DNA of 64,000 nucleotides from Moraxella sp. TY6 (GTDB lineage Bacteria; Pseudomonadota; Gammaproteobacteria; Pseudomonadales; Moraxellaceae): NCBI RefSeq assembly GCF_048551375.1, contig NZ_JBLYZJ010000006.1, positions 80,051 to 144,050 of the forward strand, read 5' to 3'. Shown piece by piece: positions 22,119 to 30,997 of this stretch (position 1 is its first letter; each line of letters starts with the position of its first letter). The notes under the pieces were generated by a model. It saw only the letters and a program-made list of their open reading frames with translations, ran no database searches and was not told where the DNA came from. The position numbers and the translations under genes were made by a program.

Positions 22119-25100
22119 TTAATCACTAAAAATCTGATTGAGTTTTTGCAAGTTATTGACTATCAGCTTACCTGTTTGGTCGGTGCTGATGTCGATTTGC
22201 AGTTTCTCATCCAACCGCATGACGATGGGTTCTAACGCTTGTTTTAACCCCTCAATCAGTTGGCTGTTCGCTTGGCTATTAGTTTGACTGTTACTTTGAG
22301 CTTGCTTGTCGCTAGTTTCACCATTTGCCAATACCGATTCATCCGTTGGATTTACCACTTTTAACGCATTGATGGCGGTGACGAGGGTCAGTGCCAGTTC
22401 TTTGAGCAATGCCTGTTGCTGTTGTTGTTGCTGGAGTTCGACTTTGCGTTGGTGTTGGTAGAGTTGTCCAATTTTGGCAAAACTTTTTTCCACAAATACA
22501 TTCAGGCTGTTTTCAAGGTGTTGGCTGTTTTGGCTGACCCATTGCTGTTGTTGGGCTTGTTGTAGCATTTGTTGCTCAAGCTGTTGTTTGGCATACACTT
22601 CATTGATTTTTAACAATAATTCATGTTCGGCTTGTTGGGTTTCGTCAAGATTTGGGGCAGTTTGTTGCTGTTGTACCCATTGCCCGACTTGCTGATTCAT
22701 GCCTTGCACGCCTGCCACCAAGTCCACCAGTTGAGCCACCATGCGGTTGCCTGTGTCGCTACTGTCACCGCCCATCGCTTTGTTGCGTAAAAAGTCCGCC
22801 ACGATTTGCGACCAACGAGCCTGTTCTGCCTCGGTCATCACGCCTCGGATTTGGGCAAGTTTTAGCAAGTTGCTTTCCGCCCCTGTGGTGAGCAGTTGTG
22901 CCTCGCCTTGATAGTGGTCGCCAATCAGTTGTTGCAGTTCGCTGTCGTTCATCACGGCAGAGAGTTTTTCGGTCATTTTGTTCATGTTGCGATAACTGCC
23001 CTGTAGCTTAAAGGCAGGCTCGGTGCGGTATTTGTCATCTTGCGAGGCAGAGGCGATATACTGCTGATTGACTTGTAAAATGACCTGTTGCACCGCAAGC
23101 ATTTTTTGCAAAATCGCCACGATTTCTTGGATTTCGCTGTTGGCGTAGGGGTGGGTAAGTTCGCCCAATGCGGTGATTTTGCCTTGTGCCAAGTCGATAA
23201 ATTGATACACATCCGCCATGTCACGGTTGGCAAGTGGGGCGAGAATGGCGTTACTGGTGAGGGCGTTTTCGAGGTAGCTTAACGCAAACACCTGTTCCAT
23301 ACCGTTCATCATGTCGCCGAGGTTGTAGATATCGGCACGGTTGGCAAGCATATCTGGGACTTTGAACACCTCGCCTGTTTCGGTGTAGGGGTTGCCCGCC
23401 ATCACCACGCAGAATTTTTTGCCTCGCATATCGTAGGTTTTGCTTTCGCCTTGCCATACGCCGTCAATGCGTCTTGTGCCGTCTGTTAATGAGATAAATT
23501 TTTGTAAAAATTCGGCATGAGTATGCTGAATATCGTCCAAATACAACATGACATTGTTGCCCATTTCGAGGGCTAAATTCAGCTTTTCTAGCTCTCGACT
23601 GGCGGTGGCATTGGGGGCTTTGGCAGGGTCAAGCGAAGTCACCTCATGCCCCAGCGAAGGGCAGTTGATTTTCATAAAAATCAAGCCCAAACGGTTTGCC
23701 ACATATTCCATCAAGGTAGTTTTGCCATATCCAGGGGGCGAAATCAGCATTAACAACCCCATCAAATCGGTGCGTTTGCTGTCGCCCAATGTGCCGATTT
23801 GTTTGGCAAGATTATCACCGATAATCGGCAAATAACTGTCATTAATCAAACGGTTACGCACAAAGGATGATAGCGGACGAGCGACAAATTCATCAAGGCG
23901 TAAATCCAACCGTGCTTGGGTCAGTAGGTCATGGCGTAGGCGTTGGTACTGGCGAAACTTCGGAATGGCGGTATGTTCATGCTGATAAAGTTGGCTTAAA
24001 AAACTGTCTAAGCTAAAGGTAAGCGTCTGATTCGGCAATTTGGGATGTTCGCCCAATAAGCGACTGACACTGACTTCAAGCGAAATCGGACTGATGTCAC
24101 GCTGAAAGTTGGGCGTTTGTTTATCACTGCGAATCATCAACATAGCCACCGTTTCGGCAACATAATGCGATAGATTATCCATTGACAACTTGTCGGCTGA
24201 TACGCCATCGGCTAATTGGCTGTCACTTTGGCGAAGTAAATCTAGCAAAGCGTTAAGCCATGTGGTCGCCAGTTCATAGGCTGATTTTGGCTCATGGCTC
24301 AGTTTCGACAACACCGATTGTAAATAGTTAAAACGCTCTAGCCCAACGGTGGTTTCAAGTTTTTGATAAAGTGTGTTCGCTTGTTGGGTGGTTTGCCAAA
24401 AAATACCATTCCCAAAAAGTCCACTATCTTTGTCAAACTCGCTTGATGTACTACTTGTACTATCTTCGCTCGTTTGCCTCGATATTGAACTTTTTGCTTT
24501 TGGTATTTGATTGAGGGTGTGATTTGCTGTTAAATCTATTTTTGCTAACCCCAAAACTTGAGCGAGATAGTCACTGGCTAAGTCAATCTGTGATTGGCTA
24601 AATAAATTTGGCATTTTGGCTTGGACAAATTCGCCCAAAACCGCACGAATATCCGCCACCAATAGATTTTTGGCGGTGTCACTGTGTAGGGCTTGTTGTA
24701 ATTGATAAGCAGTAATCGCTCGGTCTTGCCAATGGCGAATTTCGGCTTGATGGGGGGTGAACCATGCTGTTTCCGCTTGCACTAAACTTGGTGAAGGGCT
24801 TGTCGAAGGGTTGGTAGTGGGATTTGAAACGTTATGGTTCGACAGGCTCACCACGAACGTTTTATTTTGCTGATGTAAAGTAATCTGCTCAAAGAAAATC
24901 TGTGCCAACGCTCGCACAGTCGGCTCAAAGGTGAGTAAATTGGCAGTCTGTAGCAACGGCAAAATCTGCAACAATATCAACACCGCATCATGGTCATGAA
25001 TGCCTTTTTCGTAGCCAAATTGATAACTTGGCGTGATATAAGTTTTGACCAAATCCAGTAGCGGACTGTCATTTTCGGGGTTTGCAAGGTTGTGGCTCAT

Positions 25101-28100
25101 TTCAAAGGCTTGATACAGCTTTTGGGTGGTCAAACCGTCTTGCCCTTGTTTGGCGGATTGTAGCAGACTGTACGCCAAATATTCCCCACGATAAATCTCA
25201 CTGGTTTCACTAGGCAGGCTCATATCCCAATACTCGGATAGGCTGTTTAGCTCGGCATTGTCAATGGCTTGGTAAAAATTCGTGCCTGTCAAATGCAGGG
25301 TCAATACCGCTTGATTGTCGTCATTTTGGCGTGATAACAGGGTCAAATCTAGCGGTTGACTATTGACAGAAAACCGATGTTTACCCAGTTTTATCACATT
25401 ACCATCATTTTCAAACAGCTCGGTTTTATCCTTTAAAGCCTTGTAGCTGTCGGTGGCGATGGCTTTGAGGCGTGCGTCAATGTCGTCAGCTTTGACACTA
25501 AAGCCCAGTTCACGCAAGGTTTTACCAATGCCTTTAACTTTTTGCACCAAGGCATCCGAGGCAAAGTAAGTGTTAAGGCTCGCCTCATCGCTAAAGCCTG
25601 TCGTGCCACTAGCCATCACACGTTTGGCGATACTGGCAAGCATTCGTTGGGCGGAATCGCTTAAGTTTTGGGCTTTTTTGTTGCGTTCGTCCAGTAGCCG
25701 TTGTTTATGCCCTTTAAAACTGTCGATGACCTCTTCACGTTTTGCCAGTAATTCTTCGCCAAATTGAACTTGCACCGCCTCGACATCGACAAATTGCCCC
25801 TCAAGCTCTTCAAGTTGCACCAACAACCGTGCCAACTGCTCATCGGCTTGCTCTGGCGTGTTGGCAAGCGACAACGCATTGGCAATCGACTGGCTAAATA
25901 GGCGAAATTGTGCCGAAAACTGTGCCACCGCCTCAGTCGCCCCAAAACTTTGGCGTTGGTGATTGAGCTTGGCTTTGGACTGGTTGAGTTTGGCATAAAC
26001 CTGCGAAATTTGGTCGATAATCTGCGTGCGTACCGTGGCATCAGCGACATCAAGGGTCGCCAAAATCTCGGTCAATACATCCAGCCCATGAGCCGTGTCA
26101 TTGATGGTGGTCAAAATCGGCTCAAGCTCGGCATGGGTGGTCGCCGAATCTCGCTGACTGTCAAGCTGTGTCAATAGCGTGTCAAAACTGGCAAACGCTT
26201 GGCTATCGCTCAAAAACGCCACCGTCTGCTCGGCAAGTTGGCTTTCGGCTTGGCTAAGGTCTGCCTTGAGGCTGTCTAGGCGAGCGGTATCAAGGTAGCG
26301 AAGTCCCTCAAGGCTAATCAATCGCCCTTGTTGCTGACGCAGTTGGCTCAACGCATTGACATAATCGCCAATGTTCACAAAAGTCGTGGTGCTGACTTGA
26401 CGCAGTAGGTCGGTCTGCTCACTGTGGGCGGTGTCGAGGGCAGTTTGGGTTTGTTTTTGGATGGCTTGGACTTTGGCAAATTCATCAATTACCAACCCAC
26501 TGGTATCAATGATTTGTCGAATGGTGTCTGCCAATTCCGCCAATTGCGGTTCGGCAAGCCAATAATAACTGTCAAACAGCTTACTGGCGGTCGAGGCAAG
26601 CTGTTGATATAGCTTTTGCGATACGCTTTGATTGGCAATCAGCCGTGCCACACTGTACAAATCAGCAATCCCTCGCACAAGGGCTTTATTGCCGATTTTG
26701 CCATAAAACCCAGTCGCCTCGCCCTGTTGACTGGCGTATTCTTCGGAGGTAAAAGGCGTTTGCCAAATCTGCATCGGATGAATACGAGTGACCTCGTCAC
26801 TGCTAAACAGCACCATCACGCCATTGGGGGCAAGGGCAAAACCATGACAAAAAATCGGATTTTGTAATTGTTTTTTGATTAAATTATAGCCAAACAGTCC
26901 ATACAGCCCTGCGACACTGTCATAAAACACAAACAGCACATCCTCGCCATTGGGTGAGGCGATTTTTTTGAAAAAACTCAACGCATTATCAGTGTGTTGG
27001 CTGTTGCTCGGCTCATCAAACCGCTTGTGTTCGCCTGTTTGCAAATAATAGCCATTGGGAAACACAATGCCGTGATTTTCGGGCAACTGCACGCACGATT
27101 GCCCAATCGCATCAAGGCGAGTGACCTGCTCGGTCAGACTGTTGTACACCAAATAGCGGTAATTATCCTCACGATACGGCAAAATCTTTAATAAAATCAA
27201 ACTGCCAACTTTGGCATAAAACACACTGGCATCGCTCACCGCTTGGGTGCTGTCTTGCACGTTTTCTTGATAAATGCCTGTCGCTATATTCGGATTATTA
27301 TCAAGCTTGACGGTCAACGAACCGCCCACCGTTGACACAAAAATCGTGTCCAAAATATTGCTATGCGGATATTTGCCATTGACCAGTTGCTCACGAGTGA
27401 CCGCCGTCCAGTCAAAATCATAGGCAGGGGGCAGGGCGATATCTCGCTCGCCACGATTGTCGATATACTGAATCGCCAAGCCGTCTGGGGCGTTGGCATC
27501 AAAGCTAATGCCAAAACGAAATACTCGGATATCGCTAATGCGTTCGCCAATCTGAAAGGCAAGCAGTAGTTTACTATCCTTGAGGGTAAGCTGTAGCAGT
27601 TTGGTCTGTTTGTAGTAGCGGTATAGCTCGTCAAAGTCTTGTTTAAAACTGCCTTGGCTCAAAAATGAGGTGGCTAAATCCACCGCTTGCAGGTGATATT
27701 CGGCTGGCGAGGGGTTGGTGTTGTCGTCAGTATTTCCAGTATTCCCAATATTCCCAGTGTCGGCAGTGTCCGTATGGTCTGCCGAAATGAGGCTAACTTG
27801 ATTGGGGTCAATCAGCCGATACAGGGCAAATACGTCATCAAGGGTGGTGTCTTGCTTGATACCTGTTTGGGTGTTGTAGCCAAATAGTAGGTAATTGCCG
27901 ACTTGCACGAGGTCACGAGCGAGGGCGTTGTGTTCGGTGCGGATGGGGGTGCGAGCGAGTAGTTGAAGTTGGGTGTTGCCAAATTCGGACAGGCGTGCGT
28001 CATTTAACGCTTGGGTTTGTTGGCTCAAGCGGTTGCCTTGCTCGGTGAGGCGTTTCTTGATTAAGTCGTAAGCGTTGCCTGTGGCGACGGCTTTACTTTG

Positions 28101-28124
28101 TTGGTCTTGGGTTTCATTATTCAT
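22119..28124 (-). CDS. giant (2001 aa) AAA_5/MoxR-like ATPase with coiled-coil and Gln-rich regions; function unknown
   Basis: ATG at 28124 (ORF track begins at a TTG at 28136); Walker A LISPPGYGKTT, Walker B VMLYLDDIQH and VVMAGNP..PDMLANRADI sensor around 23.2-23.75 kb; long predicted coiled-coil segment; C-terminal QQQQQQQ tracts. Confidence 0.85.
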   Translation of the reverse strand: MNNETQDQQSKAVATGNAYDLIKKRLTEQGNRLSQQTQALNDARLSEFGNTQLQLLARTPIRTEHNALARDLVQVGNYLLFGYNTQTGIKQDTTLDDVFALYRLIDPNQVSLISADHTDTADTGNIGNTGNTDDNTNPSPAEYHLQAVDLATSFLSQGSFKQDFDELYRYYKQTKLLQLTLKDSKLLLAFQIGERISDIRVFRFGISFDANAPDGLAIQYIDNRGERDIALPPAYDFDWTAVTREQLVNGKYPHSNILDTIFVSTVGGSLTVKLDNNPNIATGIYQENVQDSTQAVSDASVFYAKVGSLILLKILPYREDNYRYLVYNSLTEQVTRLDAIGQSCVQLPENHGIVFPNGYYLQTGEHKRFDEPSNSQHTDNALSFFKKIASPNGEDVLFVFYDSVAGLYGLFGYNLIKKQLQNPIFCHGFALAPNGVMVLFSSDEVTRIHPMQIWQTPFTSEEYASQQGEATGFYGKIGNKALVRGIADLYSVARLIANQSVSQKLYQQLASTASKLFDSYYWLAEPQLAELADTIRQIIDTSGLVIDEFAKVQAIQKQTQTALDTAHSEQTDLLRQVSTTTFVNIGDYVNALSQLRQQQGRLISLEGLRYLDTARLDSLKADLSQAESQLAEQTVAFLSDSQAFASFDTLLTQLDSQRDSATTHAELEPILTTINDTAHGLDVLTEILATLDVADATVRTQIIDQISQVYAKLNQSKAKLNHQRQSFGATEAVAQFSAQFRLFSQSIANALSLANTPEQADEQLARLLVQLEELEGQFVDVEAVQVQFGEELLAKREEVIDSFKGHKQRLLDERNKKAQNLSDSAQRMLASIAKRVMASGTTGFSDEASLNTYFASDALVQKVKGIGKTLRELGFSVKADDIDARLKAIATDSYKALKDKTELFENDGNVIKLGKHRFSVNSQPLDLTLLSRQNDDNQAVLTLHLTGTNFYQAIDNAELNSLSEYWDMSLPSETSEIYRGEYLAYSLLQSAKQGQDGLTTQKLYQAFEMSHNLANPENDSPLLDLVKTYITPSYQFGYEKGIHDHDAVLILLQILPLLQTANLLTFEPTVRALAQIFFEQITLHQQNKTFVVSLSNHNVSNPTTNPSTSPSPSLVQAETAWFTPHQAEIRHWQDRAITAYQLQQALHSDTAKNLLVADIRAVLGEFVQAKMPNLFSQSQIDLASDYLAQVLGLAKIDLTANHTLNQIPKAKSSISRQTSEDSTSSTSSEFDKDSGLFGNGIFWQTTQQANTLYQKLETTVGLERFNYLQSVLSKLSHEPKSAYELATTWLNALLDLLRQSDSQLADGVSADKLSMDNLSHYVAETVAMLMIRSDKQTPNFQRDISPISLEVSVSRLLGEHPKLPNQTLTFSLDSFLSQLYQHEHTAIPKFRQYQRLRHDLLTQARLDLRLDEFVARPLSSFVRNRLINDSYLPIIGDNLAKQIGTLGDSKRTDLMGLLMLISPPGYGKTTLMEYVANRLGLIFMKINCPSLGHEVTSLDPAKAPNATASRELEKLNLALEMGNNVMLYLDDIQHTHAEFLQKFISLTDGTRRIDGVWQGESKTYDMRGKKFCVVMAGNPYTETGEVFKVPDMLANRADIYNLGDMMNGMEQVFALSYLENALTSNAILAPLANRDMADVYQFIDLAQGKITALGELTHPYANSEIQEIVAILQKMLAVQQVILQVNQQYIASASQDDKYRTEPAFKLQGSYRNMNKMTEKLSAVMNDSELQQLIGDHYQGEAQLLTTGAESNLLKLAQIRGVMTEAEQARWSQIVADFLRNKAMGGDSSDTGNRMVAQLVDLVAGVQGMNQQVGQWVQQQQTAPNLDETQQAEHELLLKINEVYAKQQLEQQMLQQAQQQQWVSQNSQHLENSLNVFVEKSFAKIGQLYQHQRKVELQQQQQQQALLKELALTLVTAINALKVVNPTDESVLANGETSDKQAQSNSQTNSQANSQLIEGLKQALEPIVMRLDEKLQIDISTDQTGKLIVNNLQKLNQIFSD

Positions 28125-28142
28125 AGAACAATCCAAAATAAA

Positions 28143-29390
28143 TTATTCATTTATACTTTTAATTTCATCTTTATCAAGCTCTTTACAATTTTTCATTAAA
28201 TCCGAATGGTCAAATAGTACAGGTGCTTTGTATTCATTCCCTTGTAATGCTTCGATAATAGCATTAGAGATGAGGTTTATATTTGAAAAAGAACCGCCAA
28301 TAAAGAATAGGTTTAACAAATCAGAAGTTAATATTTCATATCTCCCAATACGCTTTCCTCTATTATTTATCTCTTTTATTTTCATCATCCAACCACTTAC
28401 ATCCCTATTATTCGCTTCAAATAGTAATATACATTTCTTAAGCTTGGATAATGCTAAATATATCGGTGTCTTTGAATATGATTTCTTTTTTAAATCGTAT
28501 TTAAAAAAAGCTTTTGAAGTCAAAACTTCATTTATAACATTCACATCAATCGAAATCTTTGATGTCATACAATTCATCAAGCATGATAATGAAAAAAATT
28601 GCCACTCAGAACTAGGCAAAGTAATAGTTTCATCAATTGAGCAGGGCAAACGAATTTTTTCTAATAAGTTTTCCGCAGATGTATGGATAAGAAATCTATT
28701 ATTTTTTAAATCTTTTCTTAAACTATCTTGAAAGATTTTCAATTCATTTAATAAAATCTCAATATAAAGTTTTGCTTCTAAATCTCCTAAATAAATTAAT
28801 GAATATAATGAGTCCACAATTTCTCTAAAACTCTCAAACTGCCTAATCCAGTTTCCAGAAGGTAACTCTCCTTTACCCGATAGAGCATTCTTTGTATCGG
28901 TATTTCTTCCGATCTCCTCAACAAAATCTGAGATATATACTGCATCGTTGGAAAACTTTGTAGGTGCATTTATTACATTTTCTATTAAATCCTTATCAAA
29001 TAACTCAAGTTTATTTAAATATTTAGCCAATTCATTCCTAGTTTCTTTTAATTGCCAAACATCACGTCTTACAAATGATATAATTTCAAGCTTCCCTTGT
29101 TGGTGTAGTTTGTAAGCGTGTCTGTATTCCTGTCTAGTAATACTTATTTTGTTTGTCTTATCGAACCAACCGCCAACTCTAGTGCCAACGAGCAAAATAA
29201 AATAATCACATTCATCTATAAGATTTAAACAAGCATGGTAACTATGAACATTTCCATCAACTTTAAAGTCACTACTTTCTGAAGTAAAAACAATATATCC
29301 ATGTTGCTCCAAATAAAATTTTAAAGCAGACCGTAAATCTTTAAAGTCATAAATTGTTGATGAAATAAAAACTTTAGGTGTATTATTCAT
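28143..29390 (-). CDS. DUF4062-like (TIR/SLOG-like Rossmann) N-terminal domain protein with unknown C-terminal domain
   Basis: 415 aa; N-terminal KVFISSTIYDFKDLRSALKFYLEQHGYIVF..CLNLIDECDYFILLVGTRVGGWFD fits the DUF4062 consensus; RBS AAGGG; about 30% GC against about 46% in flanking genes. Confidence 0.65.
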   Translation of the reverse strand: MNNTPKVFISSTIYDFKDLRSALKFYLEQHGYIVFTSESSDFKVDGNVHSYHACLNLIDECDYFILLVGTRVGGWFDKTNKISITRQEYRHAYKLHQQGKLEIISFVRRDVWQLKETRNELAKYLNKLELFDKDLIENVINAPTKFSNDAVYISDFVEEIGRNTDTKNALSGKGELPSGNWIRQFESFREIVDSLYSLIYLGDLEAKLYIEILLNELKIFQDSLRKDLKNNRFLIHTSAENLLEKIRLPCSIDETITLPSSEWQFFSLSCLMNCMTSKISIDVNVINEVLTSKAFFKYDLKKKSYSKTPIYLALSKLKKCILLFEANNRDVSGWMMKIKEINNRGKRIGRYEILTSDLLNLFFIGGSFSNINLISNAIIEALQGNEYKAPVLFDHSDLMKNCKELDKDEIKSINE

Positions 29391-29427
29391 GGTTACCCTT
29401 ATGTAGTTTTAACAATAGCTATCAATC

Positions 29428-29967
29428 CTAAGCGAATAATAACGAACGAATTTCAGCACGTTTTGGGTGACTATCAAGCCATTTCCCAAACTCACTCACC
29501 CTCTCAAAATCATCCCCCAACAACTGATGATAATGCTCACTCACCGCCTGTTCTTTGGCTTGCTCTCGCAAATCCTTTTGCCACGGCTCGCTCATAATCT
29601 CCGTCAACTTATCTTGGATTTTGAGCTGTTTTAACAACTCCCACTCACCTTGGTCTAGCCACACATCATAACAAGTATGACAAACATTAATCGTATTGTT
29701 ATGCTCATTATTGATACGGTATTTCAGCATAAATTTATGGCAATGCTGACAGATTAGGGCGTTTTCGGTATTGGTCAACTCATCAATCACCACAGGCTCA
29801 TCACTTTGCTTGTCCGCCTCGATACTAGACGCATTGTCCTCCGACCATGCACGATAAGTCAGTAAATCAAGATGCGTACCGTGGCATTTCTCGCAACGTA
29901 ACGCAGGCAACCCCAAATCCAATTTGGTGGGTTTTAGGCTCTCGGTCTTACATTGATAACAAAACAT
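29428..29967 (-). CDS. double zinc-ribbon protein (two zf-TFIIB-like CxxC..CxxC modules)
   Basis: 179 aa; CYQC..CEKCHG and CQHC..CHTC..VWLDQGEWELL; strong RBS AAGGAG. Confidence 0.6.
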   Translation of the reverse strand: MFCYQCKTESLKPTKLDLGLPALRCEKCHGTHLDLLTYRAWSEDNASSIEADKQSDEPVVIDELTNTENALICQHCHKFMLKYRINNEHNNTINVCHTCYDVWLDQGEWELLKQLKIQDKLTEIMSEPWQKDLREQAKEQAVSEHYHQLLGDDFERVSEFGKWLDSHPKRAEIRSLLFA

Positions 29968-29995
29968 CGTAATGCTCCTTGTTTAATGAATGCTA

Positions 29996-30397
29996 TTAAT
30001 CATCTATTGACGCTGTTAAGCCTAACGGATTTAACAACAATTTCACCACACCCACCATCTTATCTTTATCCGCAGGGTCAGATTCTGCAATCAAAATCGT
30101 CAACGTTGTCAACGTTTGCGGATTGATTTTATCCCGAAAATCATAGCCAAATTTCTGCAATAACCAAATAAATGCAAATGCACCACTTCGTTTATTGCCA
30201 TCATTAAACGGATGATTTTTAATGATAAAATATAGCAAATGAGCGGATTTTTCTTCAATCGTGGCATACGCATCCTGCCCAAACACACTCTGAAATACAT
30301 TGCCAAAAATCCCTGCCAATGCCCCCTCGGTTTTTTCTTGGGCGAATAATTCAGTTGCTTCGCCTTTACTTATCAATTCGGTTTTCAATAACGCCAA
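29996..30397 (-). CDS. Fic/Doc-family domain (HPFNDGNKR motif); probably the C-terminal half of a frameshifted RhuM-Fic gene
   Basis: 133 aa; no ATG start (TTG only); HPFNDGNKRSGA matches the Doc/Fic core motif; its frame opens 26 nt before the RhuM ORF stop. Confidence 0.55.
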   Translation of the reverse strand: MALLKTELISKGEATELFAQEKTEGALAGIFGNVFQSVFGQDAYATIEEKSAHLLYFIIKNHPFNDGNKRSGAFAFIWLLQKFGYDFRDKINPQTLTTLTILIAESDPADKDKMVGVVKLLLNPLGLTASIDD

Positions 30398-30969
30398 ATC
30401 CCTTGCAACGCCTCGCTAGACGTTTCTATCGACTGCGAGTTGCCTTGTTCTGGAAATGCATTTTTGTCATAACTATCTAGCGTAAACCAAGTGTCTGAAA
30501 ACTTTTGAATTAATGATAGAATCTCATTGGTTTCAATATTAGGATTGTTGTGCGTTAGGGCTTTTAAATCTTCCAATGTCTGCAAAAACTGCTGTCGATT
30601 TTCCTTTAAGCGTTGCTGATTAATCGCATAGCCTTGAATGAGATAGTCTTTTAGACGTTGGGTCGCCCATCTGCGAAAAGCAACACCCTGTGACGATTTA
30701 ACACGATAGCCAACAGAAATAATAGTTTCTAAATCATAAAAAACCACAGGACGGTCGGAATTTGCAATATGCATTTTTTGCATATTGCTTTTTTCTTCAA
30801 TTTCGCCTTCTTCAACTGCATTATTAATGTGCCTAGAAATAACGGATTGATTCCTACCAAATAACTCACCCATTTGGGCTTGTGACAACCAAACCGTCTG
30901 GTTATCAAACCGTACATCAATGTGGGTCGTACCATCGTTGGCTGTGTAGATTTCTACGGCATTTTGCAT
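30385..30969 (-). CDS. RhuM-family (virulence protein RhuM-like) N-terminal domain protein
   Basis: 194 aa; IYTANDGTTHIDVRFDNQTVWLSQAQMGELFGRNQSVISRHINN is typical of the RhuM family. Confidence 0.6.
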   Translation of the reverse strand: MQNAVEIYTANDGTTHIDVRFDNQTVWLSQAQMGELFGRNQSVISRHINNAVEEGEIEEKSNMQKMHIANSDRPVVFYDLETIISVGYRVKSSQGVAFRRWATQRLKDYLIQGYAINQQRLKENRQQFLQTLEDLKALTHNNPNIETNEILSLIQKFSDTWFTLDSYDKNAFPEQGNSQSIETSSEALQGIWRY

Positions 30970-30997
30970 AGGTTAATTCTCTTTGAAATTTGAAAAA

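Noticed and set aside
22474-22891. Cys-rich 73-aa and 79-aa plus-strand ORFs
   Set aside because: Antisense reading of the CAG/CAA (Gln) tracts of the giant ATPase gives CTG/TTG/TGC runs. No independent support.
22119-28124. RTX/adhesin or non-ribosomal peptide-type giant
   Set aside because: No Ig/cadherin or GGxGxD repeats, and no condensation/adenylation motifs. It has a single AAA_5 P-loop module plus coiled-coil.
28075-28731. 218-aa plus-strand ORF
   Set aside because: Antisense to the DUF4062-like gene in about 30% GC DNA. Its translation is low-complexity Ile/Phe/Ser-rich with no start context, so it is treated as an AT-rich frame artefact.
29996-30969. Classical phd-doc toxin-antitoxin pair
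   Set aside because: No small Phd/YefM-like antitoxin ORF is present. The upstream partner is a RhuM-family domain and the Doc ORF lacks an ATG. It is therefore interpreted as a split RhuM-Fic gene, not phd-doc.
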